The notes under the pieces were generated by a model. It had not been told where the DNA came from and made no database searches. It was given only the letters and a program-made list of their open reading frames with translations. From Narcine bancroftii (Eukaryota), in NCBI RefSeq assembly GCF_036971445.1, contig NC_091469.1, positions 291,462,001 to 291,526,000 on the forward strand: a DNA stretch of 64,000 nt. The letters are read 5' to 3'. Below, one piece after another: positions 12,484 through 25,700 of this stretch (within the stretch, counting starts at the first letter, position 1; each line of letters opens with the position of its first letter). The translations under genes were made by a program, and so were the position numbers.

Positions 12484-13949
12484 AGATGAAATACTCATCC
12501 TGCATATGTGTTTTTTGTTTGTATGTGTGTTACATCTGGTTGTGTGTCTGTGAGTTCTTGCACCAACATAGGCCTATCTAGGGTATGGCAGGTGGGGCAG
12601 AGAACAGGGGCGCCACTTGCAGAGGGGCCCCACTGTCTTCGCCTTACACCCCCCCCACCTAGTATCTGAGTCCCTAGCCCAATAATTAATCTCCATCCCA
12701 GGAGCGCAGTGCTACGCTGTTGGGACTGAGCACCGAGGACCAGAAAATGCTGTTCTGTCAGGTTGTACTTGTGCAATCAGATGACAGCAAACTTGATATG
12801 CGTTATCCCCACTTCCTCCAACAGCTCTTTCCACACACCCTCCACCCTCTGTTTTCCCCTCTGATCCCTTTTAAATCTTCCTCCTCATCACCTTAAACTC
12901 TGTCCCCTCTAGTTTGGGCTCTCCAACCCCGAGGAAAAGCTACGACCATTCATCATGACTATGTCCCTCATGATTTTATGCCTTCCATGCCATCATTCCT
13001 TAGCCTCCTACTCTCCAGAGAACAAAAGCCGCAGCCTATCCAGCTTCTCTTTATAACTCAAGCCCACCAGTCCCTGTCACACTCTTGTGAATCTTTTTCA
13101 CTCCATTTTTATTCTTCCTAGAAATGGGTGACCAAAACTTCACATAATGAGTGTGGTCTCACCAGTGTCTGTGATATAACATCCCAGCTTCTGTACTTAG
13201 TGTCCTGACCAATGGTCAGACACCACCTCCACCATGCTGTCTACCTTTGTCGCAGAAAGGTTTAGAGGGATTTGGGCCAAATGCAAGTAAATGGAACTAG
13301 TTCAGGTTGGCACCTTGTTTGGCATGGAGGAGAGAGGCAGAGATTTCTCAGACATTTGCAATCAAGATACGTAGATATTACATTGGTGAGGAGATGTGGG
13401 CCAAGGAGAGGGAGGGGGCTAGAAAGAGTCAGCCTAGTCAGTTGAAGGCAGGATCACTATTGACAGATTTTAGAGCCCATAGGGGACCAGAGGGAGGTTA
13501 CAGAGACAGAGAGGGGTTTAGGAGACTGGAGGGGGTTGCCAAGATGGGGAGGGGTGCAGGGGACTGGAAGGGGTTACAGAGACGGGGAGGGGTGTAGAGG
13601 ACAGGAGCAGCTTTCAGGTGCTTGGACGCAGATAATGCGCCAGCAGACCCAGCTGGGGAAGTGCAGCTAGGACGTTCAGGTGGCCGCAGAGAAGACACCT
13701 TTCTGTCACCTGAAAGTCCCAGCTGAAGGAGAGCCATGTCCGAGCGAATGCCGGCTCCTGTGGACTGTGGCTGTAGTCCCACTGTTGCTTTCAGGTGCAA
13801 CAGGGGATTCTCAGAACCAGAGATTATACCTACAGGAGGAGGGTTAGGTAAGTGCTCCTCCTTGCCAGGTTCTCCACTTTCAGATGGCCTCCCGACAGCT
13901 GCATAGGGGTAGAATATGCGGCTTTACATTGGGGTATTTTGGCCACCTG

Positions 13950-14120
13950 GAAGTGCCTAGAGACAGGGAAGGGTGTAGGGGACTGGAGGGGGTTACAGAA
14001 TCAGGGAGGGGGTTACAGAGACAAGGAGGGGTGTAGGGGACCAGAGGGGGTTACAGAGACGGGTATAGGGAATACAACAATGTTACAGAGACAGGGAAAG
14101 GTATAGGGGCTGGAGGATTC
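13950..14120. repeat. G-rich satellite-like repeat (ggggttacagagacagggaggggtgtaggggactgga)
   Basis: The same unit also occurs at about 13480-13605 and 14725-14905, flanking AMPD3-like exon 3. Confidence 0.7.
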
Positions 14121-14156
14121 TGTGTGTCAAAATCAGAGGGCGAATGTGGTTCTTAC

Positions 14157-14340
14157 CCCAGCACAGTAATCTCCACTGATGGTCACACGTTGAAACTCAG
14201 GCACTTCATAGGGTGGCTGGATCCCAGACTGAATGGATATCTGTGAAGTCATGGACGGGGAGGCCAATGAGAATGCCCCATCAATGACTGGAATCTGTAA
14301 GGACAGCGAATGGGATCGAATCAGCCTCAAATTCTTCTTC
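14157..14340 (-). CDS. AMPD3: AMPD3-like coding exon 3
   Basis: KKNLRLIRSHSLSLQIP...PEFQRVTISGDYCAG. Acceptor ctacag|, donor |gtaaga. Confidence 0.93.
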
Positions 14341-15387
14341 CTGTAGAAGAATCCAGAGCACAGAGCAAAATGAAAGCATGGTAATCTCAGCATCCCTGCA
14401 TTGGTAGCAGGGTTTTAGTTGAAAATGTTACATTGAAAAGTTCAGAGACAGCTGTGCCCAACAATTCTGTAGATTGCACCTTTCATATCATAACCCTTCA
14501 ATGGAGATTTCTCAAACAATGGAGATATTACTGGGGAGGTGGTCTGGGCCGGGGAGAGAGAGGGGGCTAAAAAGATGGGGATGAGAAACAGTGGAAGTGG
14601 AGTAAGATGGGAGAGGGGAGGGGAGGGAGGAGAGAGGGAGTGGCAGAGTGAGCCCAGTCAGCTGAAGGCAGGGTCACTATTGTCAGATGCTGGAGCCCAT
14701 GAACAGGTAGGGAAATCACAGATGGGTAACAGAGACGGAGGAGTGTAGGGACTGGAGGGGGTTCAGAGACTGGGAGGGGGGTAGGGGGCTGGAGGAGGGG
14801 ACAAAGTCGGAGGGGTGTAGGGGACCGGAGGGGGGTTACAGAGACAGGGAGGGTTCTAGGGGACTGGAGGGGGGGGGGGGTTACGGGGACGGGAGGGTGT
14901 AGGGAAGAAAAGTTGATTCAAACAGGAATGGATGGATTTCCGGTCATTGAAGGAATGAAGGGTCACTGACATTGTGCTGGAACACGGTGTTGAGGTCAAT
15001 TAACCACAATGTTGATGAGTGACAGGACAGGTTAGAGGGGCCAAATGTACTTCCTGTTCCTGATTCTTCTGTTCGTACATAATCTGAATCTCCTTGTGCA
15101 TGGTCCCATCACACACCCAGGCCAGTGACGGTTGGACTCAGAGTGACTCATTCTGCACGAAAACAGTAATTATGCCATGTGTGGGGGAGGGGTGGTGGTG
15201 GGAAGGGGGTTAACGAACACTGCTGTCTCCTCGTGCACCATCTCAGCTTCACCAAGGTGGCTGAAATGGTCACTTCCAGGAGTCAGCGTGGGAAGATCAA
15301 AGCCCATGGAAGAAGGGGTTGATAGCTCCAACCCCGGTGCAGAGTTCAGCCCAGCTGAGTGCTCCCCTACCCAATGCATGGACAGAC

Positions 15388-15613
15388 CTTCTGGCAGACA
15401 TCTCCGACTGTTGCTCAGCGATTTCTCTAAGCAACTCCCTCTCCTTCGCCTCCTGTTTGCCAATTGGGCAATCTTCGGCAATGTCGAACAGAGACAGCAC
15501 ATCCTTAGTGTCTTCTTCACGCAGAACAGAGGCAAACACCTTCTCCGCGATGATCCTCACGTGCTCATCCTCCTCCGACTGGGCAGCTTTTGGGAACTGT
15601 CTCGGCATCTCCA
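15388..15613 (-). CDS. AMPD3: AMPD3-like coding exon 2 (contains the MPRQFPK start at 15608)
   Basis: [37 protein letters not shown]...EDCPIG matches the AMPD3-type N-terminus. Pyrimidine tract plus tcag| acceptor, donor |gtctgt. Confidence 0.92.
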
Positions 15614-16060
15614 CTGACAGCCGACAGGGAAGGGAGAAAGGAAAGTAATCAGGGCTTAGACTGGAGTTAGCATTGAACACTTCTTGTCTAGTGGACTCAT
15701 CTCTGAATATTTCTGATCTAGCATGTATTTATTTTCTTGAATGCGGGCTTGATTTCAGCATCTCAGAAGAATTTGGTCAGGTACATGGGTGGGAGGGGTA
15801 TGGAGGGCTATGGACTGGGTGCAGATCACCAGGACGAGGCAGAATAATAGTTCAGCACAGACTAGAAGGATTGAAGGGCCTGTTTCTGTGATGTAATGTT
15901 CCTTGGTTCTAATATTTTTATCAATCATATTCTTATTTTGTTGAATATTTGTTTTTTTTGTTTCTTTTAATTAAATCACTTTATTATTATAGTCTTTCTT
16001 TGCAATAAAATCCCCATCATCCAATCAACCAGAAACTCAAACAACTGGCAAAATATAGAG

Positions 16061-16435
16061 CAGTGCTTCTCAACCTTTTTCTTTCCACTCACATCCCACT
16101 TTAAGGAATCCCTATACCTTCGGTGCTCTGAGATTAGTAAGAGTTTGCTTAAGGTGGTATGTGGGAGGAAAGAAAAAGTTTGAAAACCACTTTTTTAATT
16201 GTACCTAATTGACTTGCGATGTGCACGGTTTCATAACTCCAAAGGAAATGGGCCAATGACAATTTTTCTCAAGCAAAATATTTCAGTAACAATTGGGTCT
16301 AGAGCAGTGATTCTCAACCTTCCCTTCCCACTCACATCCCACCTTAAACAATCCCTTACCAATCACAGAGCACTGATGGCATAGGGATTGCTTAAAGTGG
16401 TATGTGAGTGGAAAGAAAAAGGTTGAGAACCACTG
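16061..16435. mobile_element. hAT-like MITE, same family, opposite orientation
   Basis: Same TIRs. Its internal spacer is the reverse complement of that in 12119-12483. A partial copy lies at about 17340-17455. Confidence 0.8.
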
Positions 16436-16850
16436 ATAGAGAGGAAATAAATAAATTTAAATCAATAGGTCCGGGCAGATAGACCCCACGGTGGAGCGCT
16501 GAAACTTTGATGAACACGTGCAGGTTTGCCCCGCTGAACTAGCAATGCCCCTCAATGTGCGTGCGTTCTTTTCGCTGTCGCCACTTATGTGGAGGTGAGT
16601 CAGGTCGTCAATACAAGGAAGGTGCACTGAGCATCTGACCAGGACACTGGCGAGGATGTGAGTCAGATTGTCAGTGCGAGGGGAGGGGGTTAATTATGAT
16701 GGCATCATGGTTAGCCTAGTGGCAAGCGACTGCGATTCAAATTTAAATTTGTAAGTTACGGAAATTAGCTGATTAACTTTACATAATTAAAAACTACAAT
16801 ACTGATTTTTTTTTTCCAAATTACTTTACATTTTGCAATGTATTTTACAT

Positions 16851-16851
<1 letters not shown>

Positions 16852-16917
<66 letters not shown>
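16852..16917. repeat. (TG)n microsatellite
   Basis: Perfect TG run of about 33 units. Confidence 0.98.
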
Positions 16918-16919
<2 letters not shown>

Positions 16920-18619
16920 CTTAGTTAGGCATTGGAAGAGAGTGCCAGTCAACCAGAAACTTTGCATATCTGACACCTGCGATCTCCCTAGATGCCAGAT
17001 AATGGGGATTTTACTGTTCCTGTTTGGATGCAGCAAGTGTACCTTGTACAATGTGTATGACAATAAACTGGTCATTATCCCCAGAGTGTGAAAAGGATAA
17101 GTTTACACCTTAGTTCATTGTGAGAGAATACTACCTCGCCCAGAACAAGGACTCATTACCATCAGCACAGGAAAATGGTTTAAAACAGAGATTGATGGAT
17201 TTTTGTCTGCCTGCATTCTCAGGGAGACAGGAGGGCAGGAGATGGAGCTAAGGAACTGAGGAGTTTGTTGCCTTGTGTACCAATGCAGACAAGTCAACCT
17301 CCACAAAGAACAGCCTTTCCCCTCACGTATGACTTTATGTAATCCCTTACTAACCACAGAGCATCTATGGCATAGGATGGCAAAGGTGCTCTATGGATAG
17401 TAGGGGATTACTTAAGGTGATATGTGAGTGGAAAGAAAAAGATTGAGAACCACTGGTGTGGTGTTGAAGACGAATTTACAGTTAAACAGGAAGAACCGGT
17501 CCTTGAATCTGGAGGTGTGTGCTTTAATCTGATGGATTGTCCGCCTGATTGTGGGGGAGGGAGGGCTAGAGAATGGATAGGGGCAGCAGAGGGTACCGCA
17601 GGGGCTGAATGGCCACCTTCTGCTACTGTTCTGGGGCAAGCAAGGCAGTGGTGCTGCAGGTAGTGCTGCTGTCTCACCGCTCCAGGGACCTGGGACCAAT
17701 TCTGACCTCCAGTGCTGTCTGCGTGGAGTTTGCACGTTCACCCTGTGACTGGATGGGTTTCCCTTGGGGGCTCTGGGTTCCTCCCACACCCCAGGGACAT
17801 GCGGGTCAGTGGGATAATGCCCCCCCCCCCAGGGTGTGGGTGAAGGGTAGAATTTGGGGCCTGGTTTTGTGCTGTAGAACTCAGTGACAACGTGGCGGAC
17901 TTCTGCCTGAACTCTGGAGAGGATCAGTGAGGTGCTCAGATCAAGGACAGATCTTGGGAGTAATGGAGTTCACTTTGATGGGGGAGGGGGGGAGTTGGGG
18001 AAACAGAGCGACAGCTCGTGCCTGCGACATATCCTGGCAGGAAGCAAGCTGGCATGGATCTGCTTGTTCACAGGAGTTCACTTACGCTGAGTGCTGCCAA
18101 GTTAGACACAACTTGTTTTCAAAATCCCCCTACAATTAGTCAGGATGTAAATATAATTTCTGATGAGACCCCCAAGACACAGGAGCAATGTGAAAATGAA
18201 CCTGCTCTGTCCTAATACCACTTTCTATTTATTCCTCCAGTCTCACTTACATCTTTATTGTTGCATAATGGCATTTTGAAATGAACCAGGGGCAGGAGTG
18301 TTGCACTGACAACTGTTCAATGACCATAATGTTTAGCATGAAGCTTCAATTCACACCCATAGATCGTTATAGCACAGTACAAACCCTTCTGCCCAGGATG
18401 TTGTGCTAACCCATATACACCCACCCAAAAAGTACTAAACCCTCCCTATCTCACATCCCTCTATTTTCCTTCCATCCATGTGCCTGTCTAAGAGTCTCTG
18501 AAATGCCCCTAATGTTCCAGACTCCACCACCACCAAGGCATTCCAGGCACCCACTCTGTAAAAAAAAACACCATGATGTCACCCCTAAACCTCCCTCACA
18601 GGTCTCTCCCCTACAGTCC

Positions 18620-19695
18620 TGAATCAGTCCCATACTAATCCCACTGCCCTGGTTTCTCCCCACAGCCCTACTCTCCCCACACCCCCCCCCCAGCCCTGTA
18701 TCAATCCCACACTGATCCCACTGCTCCGCTCTATCCCCACAGCCCTGAATCAGGCCTACACTAATCTCACTGCCTCACTCTCTCCCCATAGCCCTGTTTC
18801 AATCTCACATTAATCCCACAGCCCTATATCAATCCAACATTGATCCCACTGCCCCACTCTCTCCACAGCCGTATGTCAGTCCCACATTAATCCCACTGCC
18901 CTGTTTCTCCCCACAGCCCTACTCTTCCCACACCACCCCCCCCCCCAGCCCTGTATCAATCCCACACTGATCCCACTGCTCCGCTCTATCCCCACAGCCC
19001 TGAATCAGGCCTACACTAATCTCACTGCCTCACTCTCTCCCCATAGCCCTGTTTCAATCTCACATTAATCCCACAGCCCTATATCAATCCAACATTGATC
19101 CCACTGCCCCACTCTCTCCACAGCTGTATGTCAGTCCCACATTGATCCCACTGCCCCACTCTCTCCACAGCCGTATGTCAGTCCCACATTGATCCCACTG
19201 CCCCACACTCTCCACAGCCATATGTCAGTCTCACATTGATCCCACTGCCCCACTCTCTCCACAGCCGTATGTCAGTCCCACATTGATCCCACTGCCCCAC
19301 TCTCTCCACAGCCGTATGTCAGTCCCACATTGATCCCACTGCCCCACTCTCTCCACAGCCGTATGTCAGTCCCACATTGATCCCACTGCCCTGTTTCTCC
19401 CCACAGCCGTGTCAGTCCCACATTGATCCCACTGCCCTGTTTCTCTCCACAGCCGTATGTCAGTCCCACATTGATCCCACTGCCCTGTTTCTCCCCACAG
19501 CCGTATGTCAGTCCCACATTGATCCCACTGCCCTGTTTCTCCCCACAGCCGTATGTCAGTCCCACATTGATCCCACTGCCCTGTTTCTCCCCATAGCCGT
19601 ATGTCAGTCCCACATTGATCCCACTGCCCTGTTTCTCCCCACAGCCGTATGTCAGTCCCACATTGATCCCACTGCCCTGTTTCTCCCCACAGCTC
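18620..19695. repeat. 41-42-bp minisatellite in AMPD3-like intron 1
   Basis: Unit gtatgtcagtcccacattgatcccactgccctgtttctccccacagcc-like, tandemly repeated. Confidence 0.95.
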
Positions 19696-20365
19696 TATAT
19701 CCAATCACACTAGTTTGCCAAATGAACAAATTATGCTCATCAGGAATAAAACATGAAAGTCTGAAGACACTGTTGTTGAAGTAAAAACACAAACCTGTAG
19801 AAACTCAACAGGTCGAACAGTGTCTTTTATATAGCAAAGGTAAAGACACATAACCAATGATTCAGGCTTGAGCCCTTCATCAAGGTCCTCTCTCTCATCC
19901 CCACTCCTTCCCCCTCCCTCTCCCCTCTTTTTCCCTCCCCTTTCCCCTCCCTCCATCTTTCCCTCCCCATCTATTGCTCCCCTTTCCTTCTCTTCCTCCC
20001 TGTCCATTCTCTTCCTCTCTCCACACCCTCTATCCTTCACCTTCTCTCACTCCTGCCTCTCTCCCCCTTCCTCCCCTCCATCTTTCTCCCTTTGTCCTCC
20101 TGCTCTCTCTTCATCTCCCCTTCTCTCCCTTCCCCCTCTCCCTCCCCCGCAGTCCCTCCCTCCATTCCCCTTTTCCCAGCCTCCACCCCTCTCCCTCCTA
20201 CCGCCCCTTCATTCTGAGCCTCAGAGGCACAGTCCAGCTGCCCCCCTGACTCCAACAACGAACCTCATCGCCAGACCGAGAATGCGACAGGTGCTCCAGC
20301 AAGACTTCTGCCTGCTGTCACACCAACAGATACAAAGTCTGATCCCAGCCCGATCCTGCCCTTAC

Positions 20366-20387
20366 CTTCCATGAGGGTCCCGGCCAT
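20366..20387 (-). CDS. AMPD3: Putative AMPD3-like first coding exon (MAGTLME)
   Basis: ATG GCC GGG ACC CTC ATG GAA G|gtaagg. The phase-1 donor joins exon 2 (TG GAG ATG) in frame. No transcript evidence. Confidence 0.6.
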
Positions 20388-21049
20388 TCGTGCTCTAGAT
20401 TGCTGCTTTGTCTCCCAGAATCTATCCCTCTCCACAGCGACCACCCCGTTATGTGGTCCACGACCCCTCACCCTCTCTCTCCCCTGGTTTCTCTCTCTCC
20501 TGGTCTGTCTGTCTGTCAGTCTCGCCCTCTTCCTCTTGGTCTGTCTCTCTCTCTTTCTCTCTCCCAGGCTCTGAGTCTCTGTGTGTTTTATTTCTGGGAC
20601 CTGTGGCTATTTTCAGAAAATGAGACAGAAGAGGGAGTGTTTCCGAACCTGGATTAACAGCATCCCTGAGTGACAGATACGGCAGGGTGTAGGGACACTG
20701 ATAAGCATGGCAGGGGGTAGTGACATTGACAGTAAAAACACACACAAATGCTGGAAGAACTCAGCCACATTCGGTGGGGGGTTGGTCGGGATGGGAAGAG
20801 TATGCGGCAGGTTTGCTCTGGAACACAGGAGAGTATGAAGGAGCTGGAGACCAGTGCGGGAGGGGGACGGGAAAGTTTTGCTTCAAAGGGGTTAGTTGAA
20901 AGTAAAAGCCGAATCCTCTGTACTTCCTGCCTTCTCAGGACGACGGCCTTCCGCATCTTCCTGGTCCCAAGCAGAAAGAGCCGTTTCGGTGGGGGTGGGG
21001 GTTTGGGAAGGGAGAGGTCACCAGCCCCAGAACTACCCCATCCCCGGGT

Positions 21050-21350
21050 TGTGTCCCGGTGTGGGGGGGGGGGGGGGGGCGCCAACGATCCCTGGGCGAG
21101 GACAGCGCAGCATCGGCCGCAGGTGTCCGTGCCCTGTGCCCCCCTGGCCCGAGACGGGACAGCGGTCGTTGCCCACACTGACCGGCAGGAGCGGCCCGGC
21201 GGGGACAGGGCAGTTGTCTAACCTTTTATCCGGGATCGTTGGGACCCGACACCCGCCGTTGTTCGGAATCTTCCAGATTTTGGAATTATTTTGATCCCTT
21301 TAAGCCTGCCCGCCCGAGTCGCGCTGCCGTCTCTCCACTCCTTCAGCGCG
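21050..21350. promoter_or_regulatory. Small CpG-rich patch, candidate AMPD3-like promoter
   Basis: Local CpG enrichment 0.7-1 kb upstream of the putative first coding exon. Confidence 0.35.
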
Positions 21351-22214
21351 GGGCTCCCTCACTACCCATCCCACAGCACATTGCTCCTCCCTCAATCCTG
21401 CCCCTTCGAACAGAGCACAGGATCAGTGCTCTCCGAAAGTCCCTGCCTCCCCTGAGGCGCTTCCTGGTTGTAAGTGCAGGGACTGCAGACCTGCCCCAAC
21501 TTGCTCCCTCATCTCCACCCAGGGCCACAGGGACAGGTAAGGCTGATCTTATCTGCATGTCGGCCCAGTTCGGCTCCTCTCAACATCGGTTTGGGGACCG
21601 CTTCACCTGCGCAGTGTGGGTCTTTCTAAACCCATTACTCTCACCCTCGTCGTGAAATTATGAAGCCGACCATTTCAACTCCTCCAACAGGCCTGTCCTC
21701 TGCCTCATTCACTGTCAGGATGAGGCCATAAGTAAACGACCAGAGGAACAGCACATCACATTCCTCCTGGACAAGCATGAGGAATGAACATTGATCTGAT
21801 TCCATCTCTTCCTTACCTACTCCTGTACTTGGGTTCCCCCCTCTCTAACATTTCTTCCACACACGCCCCCCCCCCCCACTTTCTTGGTGGCTTCTCTTAC
21901 CACCTCTCCCCCTATCCCATTAGTCTGGGGCCCCTATCCAGCATTTTTCCCCTTTATGTACCCAACATCTCCCCTTATGTCTGGTCCTGTTTAATGGTCC
22001 TCACCCAACAGAATCAGAGGGCAGAGAGCTTACATCGTGGGACGGGGGAGCTGGGATGGACTGCCTCTGGATTATGGAAGTAGGGAGTGAAGAGGAAGGT
22101 GAATTGAAAAACAAAGGGGTGCAGGAAGGGGATGATTTGGGCAGTGGGCCACTGCGGACTGGCGAGTGCTCTCCCACTACTGGGTCAACTCCACCCAGCA
22201 GTCTGAGGAAGTTG

Positions 22215-22760
22215 TCATGTTGCAACTCTACAAATCTTTGGTGAGACCAGTTCTGGCCTCCTCATTATCGGAAGGATGTGGAAGCTATCGAGAGGGTGCA
22301 GAGGAGATTCACCAGGATGTTGCCTGGATTGGAAAATAAGTCTCATGAGGCAAGGTTAGCAGAGCTGGGTTTTTTTGGAACAAAGGAGAATGAGAGACTT
22401 AATAGAGGTCTACAAGGTAATGAGAGTCAGAGACAGGGCGGACAGCCAGCACTTTTTCCCAGGGCAGAAATAGTAAACACCAGAGGACATCTGTACAAAG
22501 TAAAGGGAGGGAAATTTAGGGGAGACATCAGAGTTAAGTTTTTTCCCCCCATAAAGAATTGTGGATGCCTGGAATGCCTTGCCAGGAGTGGTGGTGTAAT
22601 AGGGGCATTTAAGACAGGCACATGATGGAATAAAAATAAAGGGTTATGAGGTAGGGAGGGTTTAGTATGTTTTTTGGAAGGAAATGTTTTTAGGTCAGCA
22701 CAACATCAAAGGCTAAATGGCCTGTACTGTGCTGTAGTGCTTTATGTTCTATTTATGTAT
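22215..22760 (+). mobile_element. CR1-type LINE 3' fragment
   Basis: EAIERVQRRFTRMLPGL and TRGHLYKVKGGKFRGD. Related fragments at about 32755-33240, 45970-46400 and 54640-55230. Confidence 0.75.
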
Positions 22761-25700
22761 CCCCCTGCATATCTTCCATGGGGTGTGGAGAAAGCATGGC
22801 ATGGGGAAGGTCCCTGTAACCTCTATCCAGAAGGCAGCCTGGGATGGCCAAGACATTCCCTCAGGCAAGAATAGAACAGGAACGTGCAACTGCCAGGCAC
22901 AACTAGGATTTAGACCATGGCATGTTATTTACTGCACTGCTGCTTGCTCTCAGCTCCACATTACAGAACAGAGTTCAGGGTGACCGGCTACTGGCAGTCA
23001 GAAGTTCAAGTTCAGCATCATCTGACTACTGACTCTCGATAGTACTATTCAGTACAACCAGGTGGAATGGTACTTTTCTGGACCAGAATGCAGACAGACA
23101 CACACACACACACTGACTGCAGCGTGTGGAGGTAACAGACACAAGGTTTGCCCTTCACGGTGTTCATGGACTTGAGTGAGTTACAAATCGATCATAAAAA
23201 CCCTCTCCACAAAAGCAAACTAACTGCACAAGCCAAAAATTGTAAATTGAAACAGAACAATTCCGCAAACACTCAGCAGGTCAGGCAGACCCTGTGGGGA
23301 GAGGAACAATGAACCTCTCAGGATGAGAACTCCTTGGAGTTCCAGGGTGGAAAAGAAATTGTCTGCAGTGAAGCAACAATAATCTGCTTGGGTGTCCGGC
23401 GGAGAACTTCCTGACCCAAGACAAACCCCATGTACGCCCACCTCCAACCTTCCCCACCATTCAATATGAACTCAGCCAGCTCCATCATGGGCAGTCTTCA
23501 ATCCATCGAGGACATCTACAAGAGGCGGTGTCTTAAGAAAGGCAGCCTCTATCCTAAAGGACCCCCACCACCCAGGCAAAGTTTAGGGGAAAGATCAGGA
23601 GTGAGGAAGGAGGTACAGAAGACAAACACCCAATGATTCAAAAGGAGCTTCTTCCCCTCAGCCATCAGAATGGACAATGAACCCTAGACACAGCCTCGCT
23701 TTCTTTTGCACTAATTTATTTATTTTTGAAATGTAATTTGCGCCTTTGACGCTGCTGCAAAACAATGAATTTCATGACATGTTCACGACAATAAATTCTG
23801 AATCTGACTTTCGCATTGAAGCTCCACAGCATGAGGGACCTTGTCACACCTTACTAAAATCTACGTAGGCAACATCCACTGCCTGACCTCCATCAAACAT
23901 CTTTGTATCCTCTTGAAAAAAACAATCAAATTGAAAGAGAAAAAATTCCCCATGAAGCCTTATTGACTGTCTCTAATCTGACCACGCCAAACTTATCCCC
24001 AGACATCCCTTCCAAAATCTTGCTCGCCACTGATGTCAGGCTCACCAGTCTATAATTTCCTTACCTGCTTCTTGAACAAAGGGACAGCATTGGCCACTCT
24101 CCAGTCCTCCAGGAGTGTTCCTGTTGCTCGTTAGATTTTCACCAAGGACCCGGCTCACTCCTCACTGGGCTCTTTCAATGCCCTGGGACATGCATCTTCA
24201 GGCCAAAGGGATTTGTCCATTGCTCCACATACGACCCAGCATCACCTCTTCCTGCTGTAAAGTATCAACAATCCCCACACTGCTCCCACCATCTTCCACG
24301 TTCTCTCCCCTGGTAAACTCTGATGCAAAACACTCGTTTACCACCTCGCCCACTTCTGCCGACTCCAAGCACAAATTTTCTCCTTCATTCTTGAGTGGTC
24401 CTCTCATCTCCCTCTTGTTTTTAATCCAAATATAAAATACATGGGAATGCTCTTTAATCCATTCACCTTTAGCCTTCATTTCCTATAGTCTTTTAATTCC
24501 TTCAGGGCCCTGTCTGATTGGAGCTTCCTGAACCTCACATATAACTCCTTTCACCTTTTGACTATTCAGGACCTCTCTCGTCATTCAAGGTTCTCTCACC
24601 TTGCCTTCCCTGCCCTTCCTTCACATTGGAACATGCCGGTCCTGGACCTTAATTAGTTGGCCCTTAAACATCTCCCTCAGATAAGTTGTGGGCTTGCCTG
24701 ATAACAACTGCTCCCAGTTCCTCCCCCCTCCCCCCCCTTACAATCTAATGCAGTACACAGACGGGCTGGAGAAACTCAGCAAGTCATGCAGTGTCCAAAG
24801 GAATTAAAAGGCAGTCAGTGTTTCAGGCCTGAGCCCTTCTTAAGGGGACCGAAAATCAGGCAGACACTTGAATAAGTTGGCCAGGGTGGGGGTCAGGGTT
24901 GGGTGGAGGGGGAGTATTGGGTAGCAGGTGATAGGTGGATATCAGTATGGGGGGAAAATATAGAACACTACAGTACAGCACAGGCTTTTCGGCCCACAAT
25001 ATTGTGTCAATCCAATGTTGTGTCCATCCATGAGCCTACGAGTCTCTTAAATGCCCCTAATGTTCCAGCCTCCATCACTATCCCTGGCAAGACATTCCAG
25101 GCACCCACAGCTCTCCATATAAATAAGCTTACCCTTGATGTCTCCCCTGAATTCTCTTTGTACACGTGGCCTCTGGTGTTTGCCCTGGAGAAATGGCACT
25201 GGCTGTCCACCCGATCTATGCCTCCCAGAATCTAGTAGAATTCTATTAAGCCACCATCCCCAGCATTTTTGCGTACTATCCTAGACCCCAGACCTCTTCC
25301 AATCTAGTATTTTCCTCACAAGGTCTTGGATTATCCATGTAACAATCATAAGAATTGTAATCACTTGTCCCTGGTTGAGTATCTAATGGTGCTGCAAGAC
25401 CCCATCCTGGGTGCACCAGATTCTGCCCCATCTCAACTTCTGGCACAAATGACATGCTGGTCAATACTGGGGAAATTCATATACCACTGCCACAACCGAG
25501 TTGTGTTTACATCTATCCACAATCTGTTCCTCTCTCAGTGGCAATTGGGTGGCCCAGGTGATTGCATTTTTCTTATTTCAGATCACTACCCATACTGTCT
25601 TGGTGGACAGGACATCCTCTCTGAGTGTCTCTTGTACAGATCCCACTAGCCCTGTAAGAGAGCCCAATGATACAGCTACCTGAAGCCCTCTCTCCCTGCA

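Larger units (their letters stand above)
16003..17016. mobile_element. Possible pogo/Tigger-like non-autonomous element hosting the MITE and the (TG)n tract
   Basis: Imperfect TIRs caataaaatccccatcatcc / agataatggggattttactg. Similar ends occur at about 30430-30450 and 55918-56226. Confidence 0.4.

Noticed and set aside
13610-13830. Extra AMPD exon behind a good-looking acceptor (cctaac...ctgtag| at 13830)
   Set aside because: Joining from exon 3 gives GTA TAA, an immediate stop. There is no AMPD similarity and no convincing donor. It could only be a cryptic or poison exon.
18620-19695. CRISPR-like regular repeats
   Set aside because: Head-to-tail units without unique spacers, no cas genes, and a eukaryotic intron context.
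19272-19784. Repetitive ORFs (GLTYGCGEKQGSGINV...)
   Set aside because: Minisatellite translation within an intron.
20654-21221. 174-aa and 157-aa ORFs in the GC-rich patch
   Set aside because: No recognisable homology; expected by chance in GC-rich DNA.
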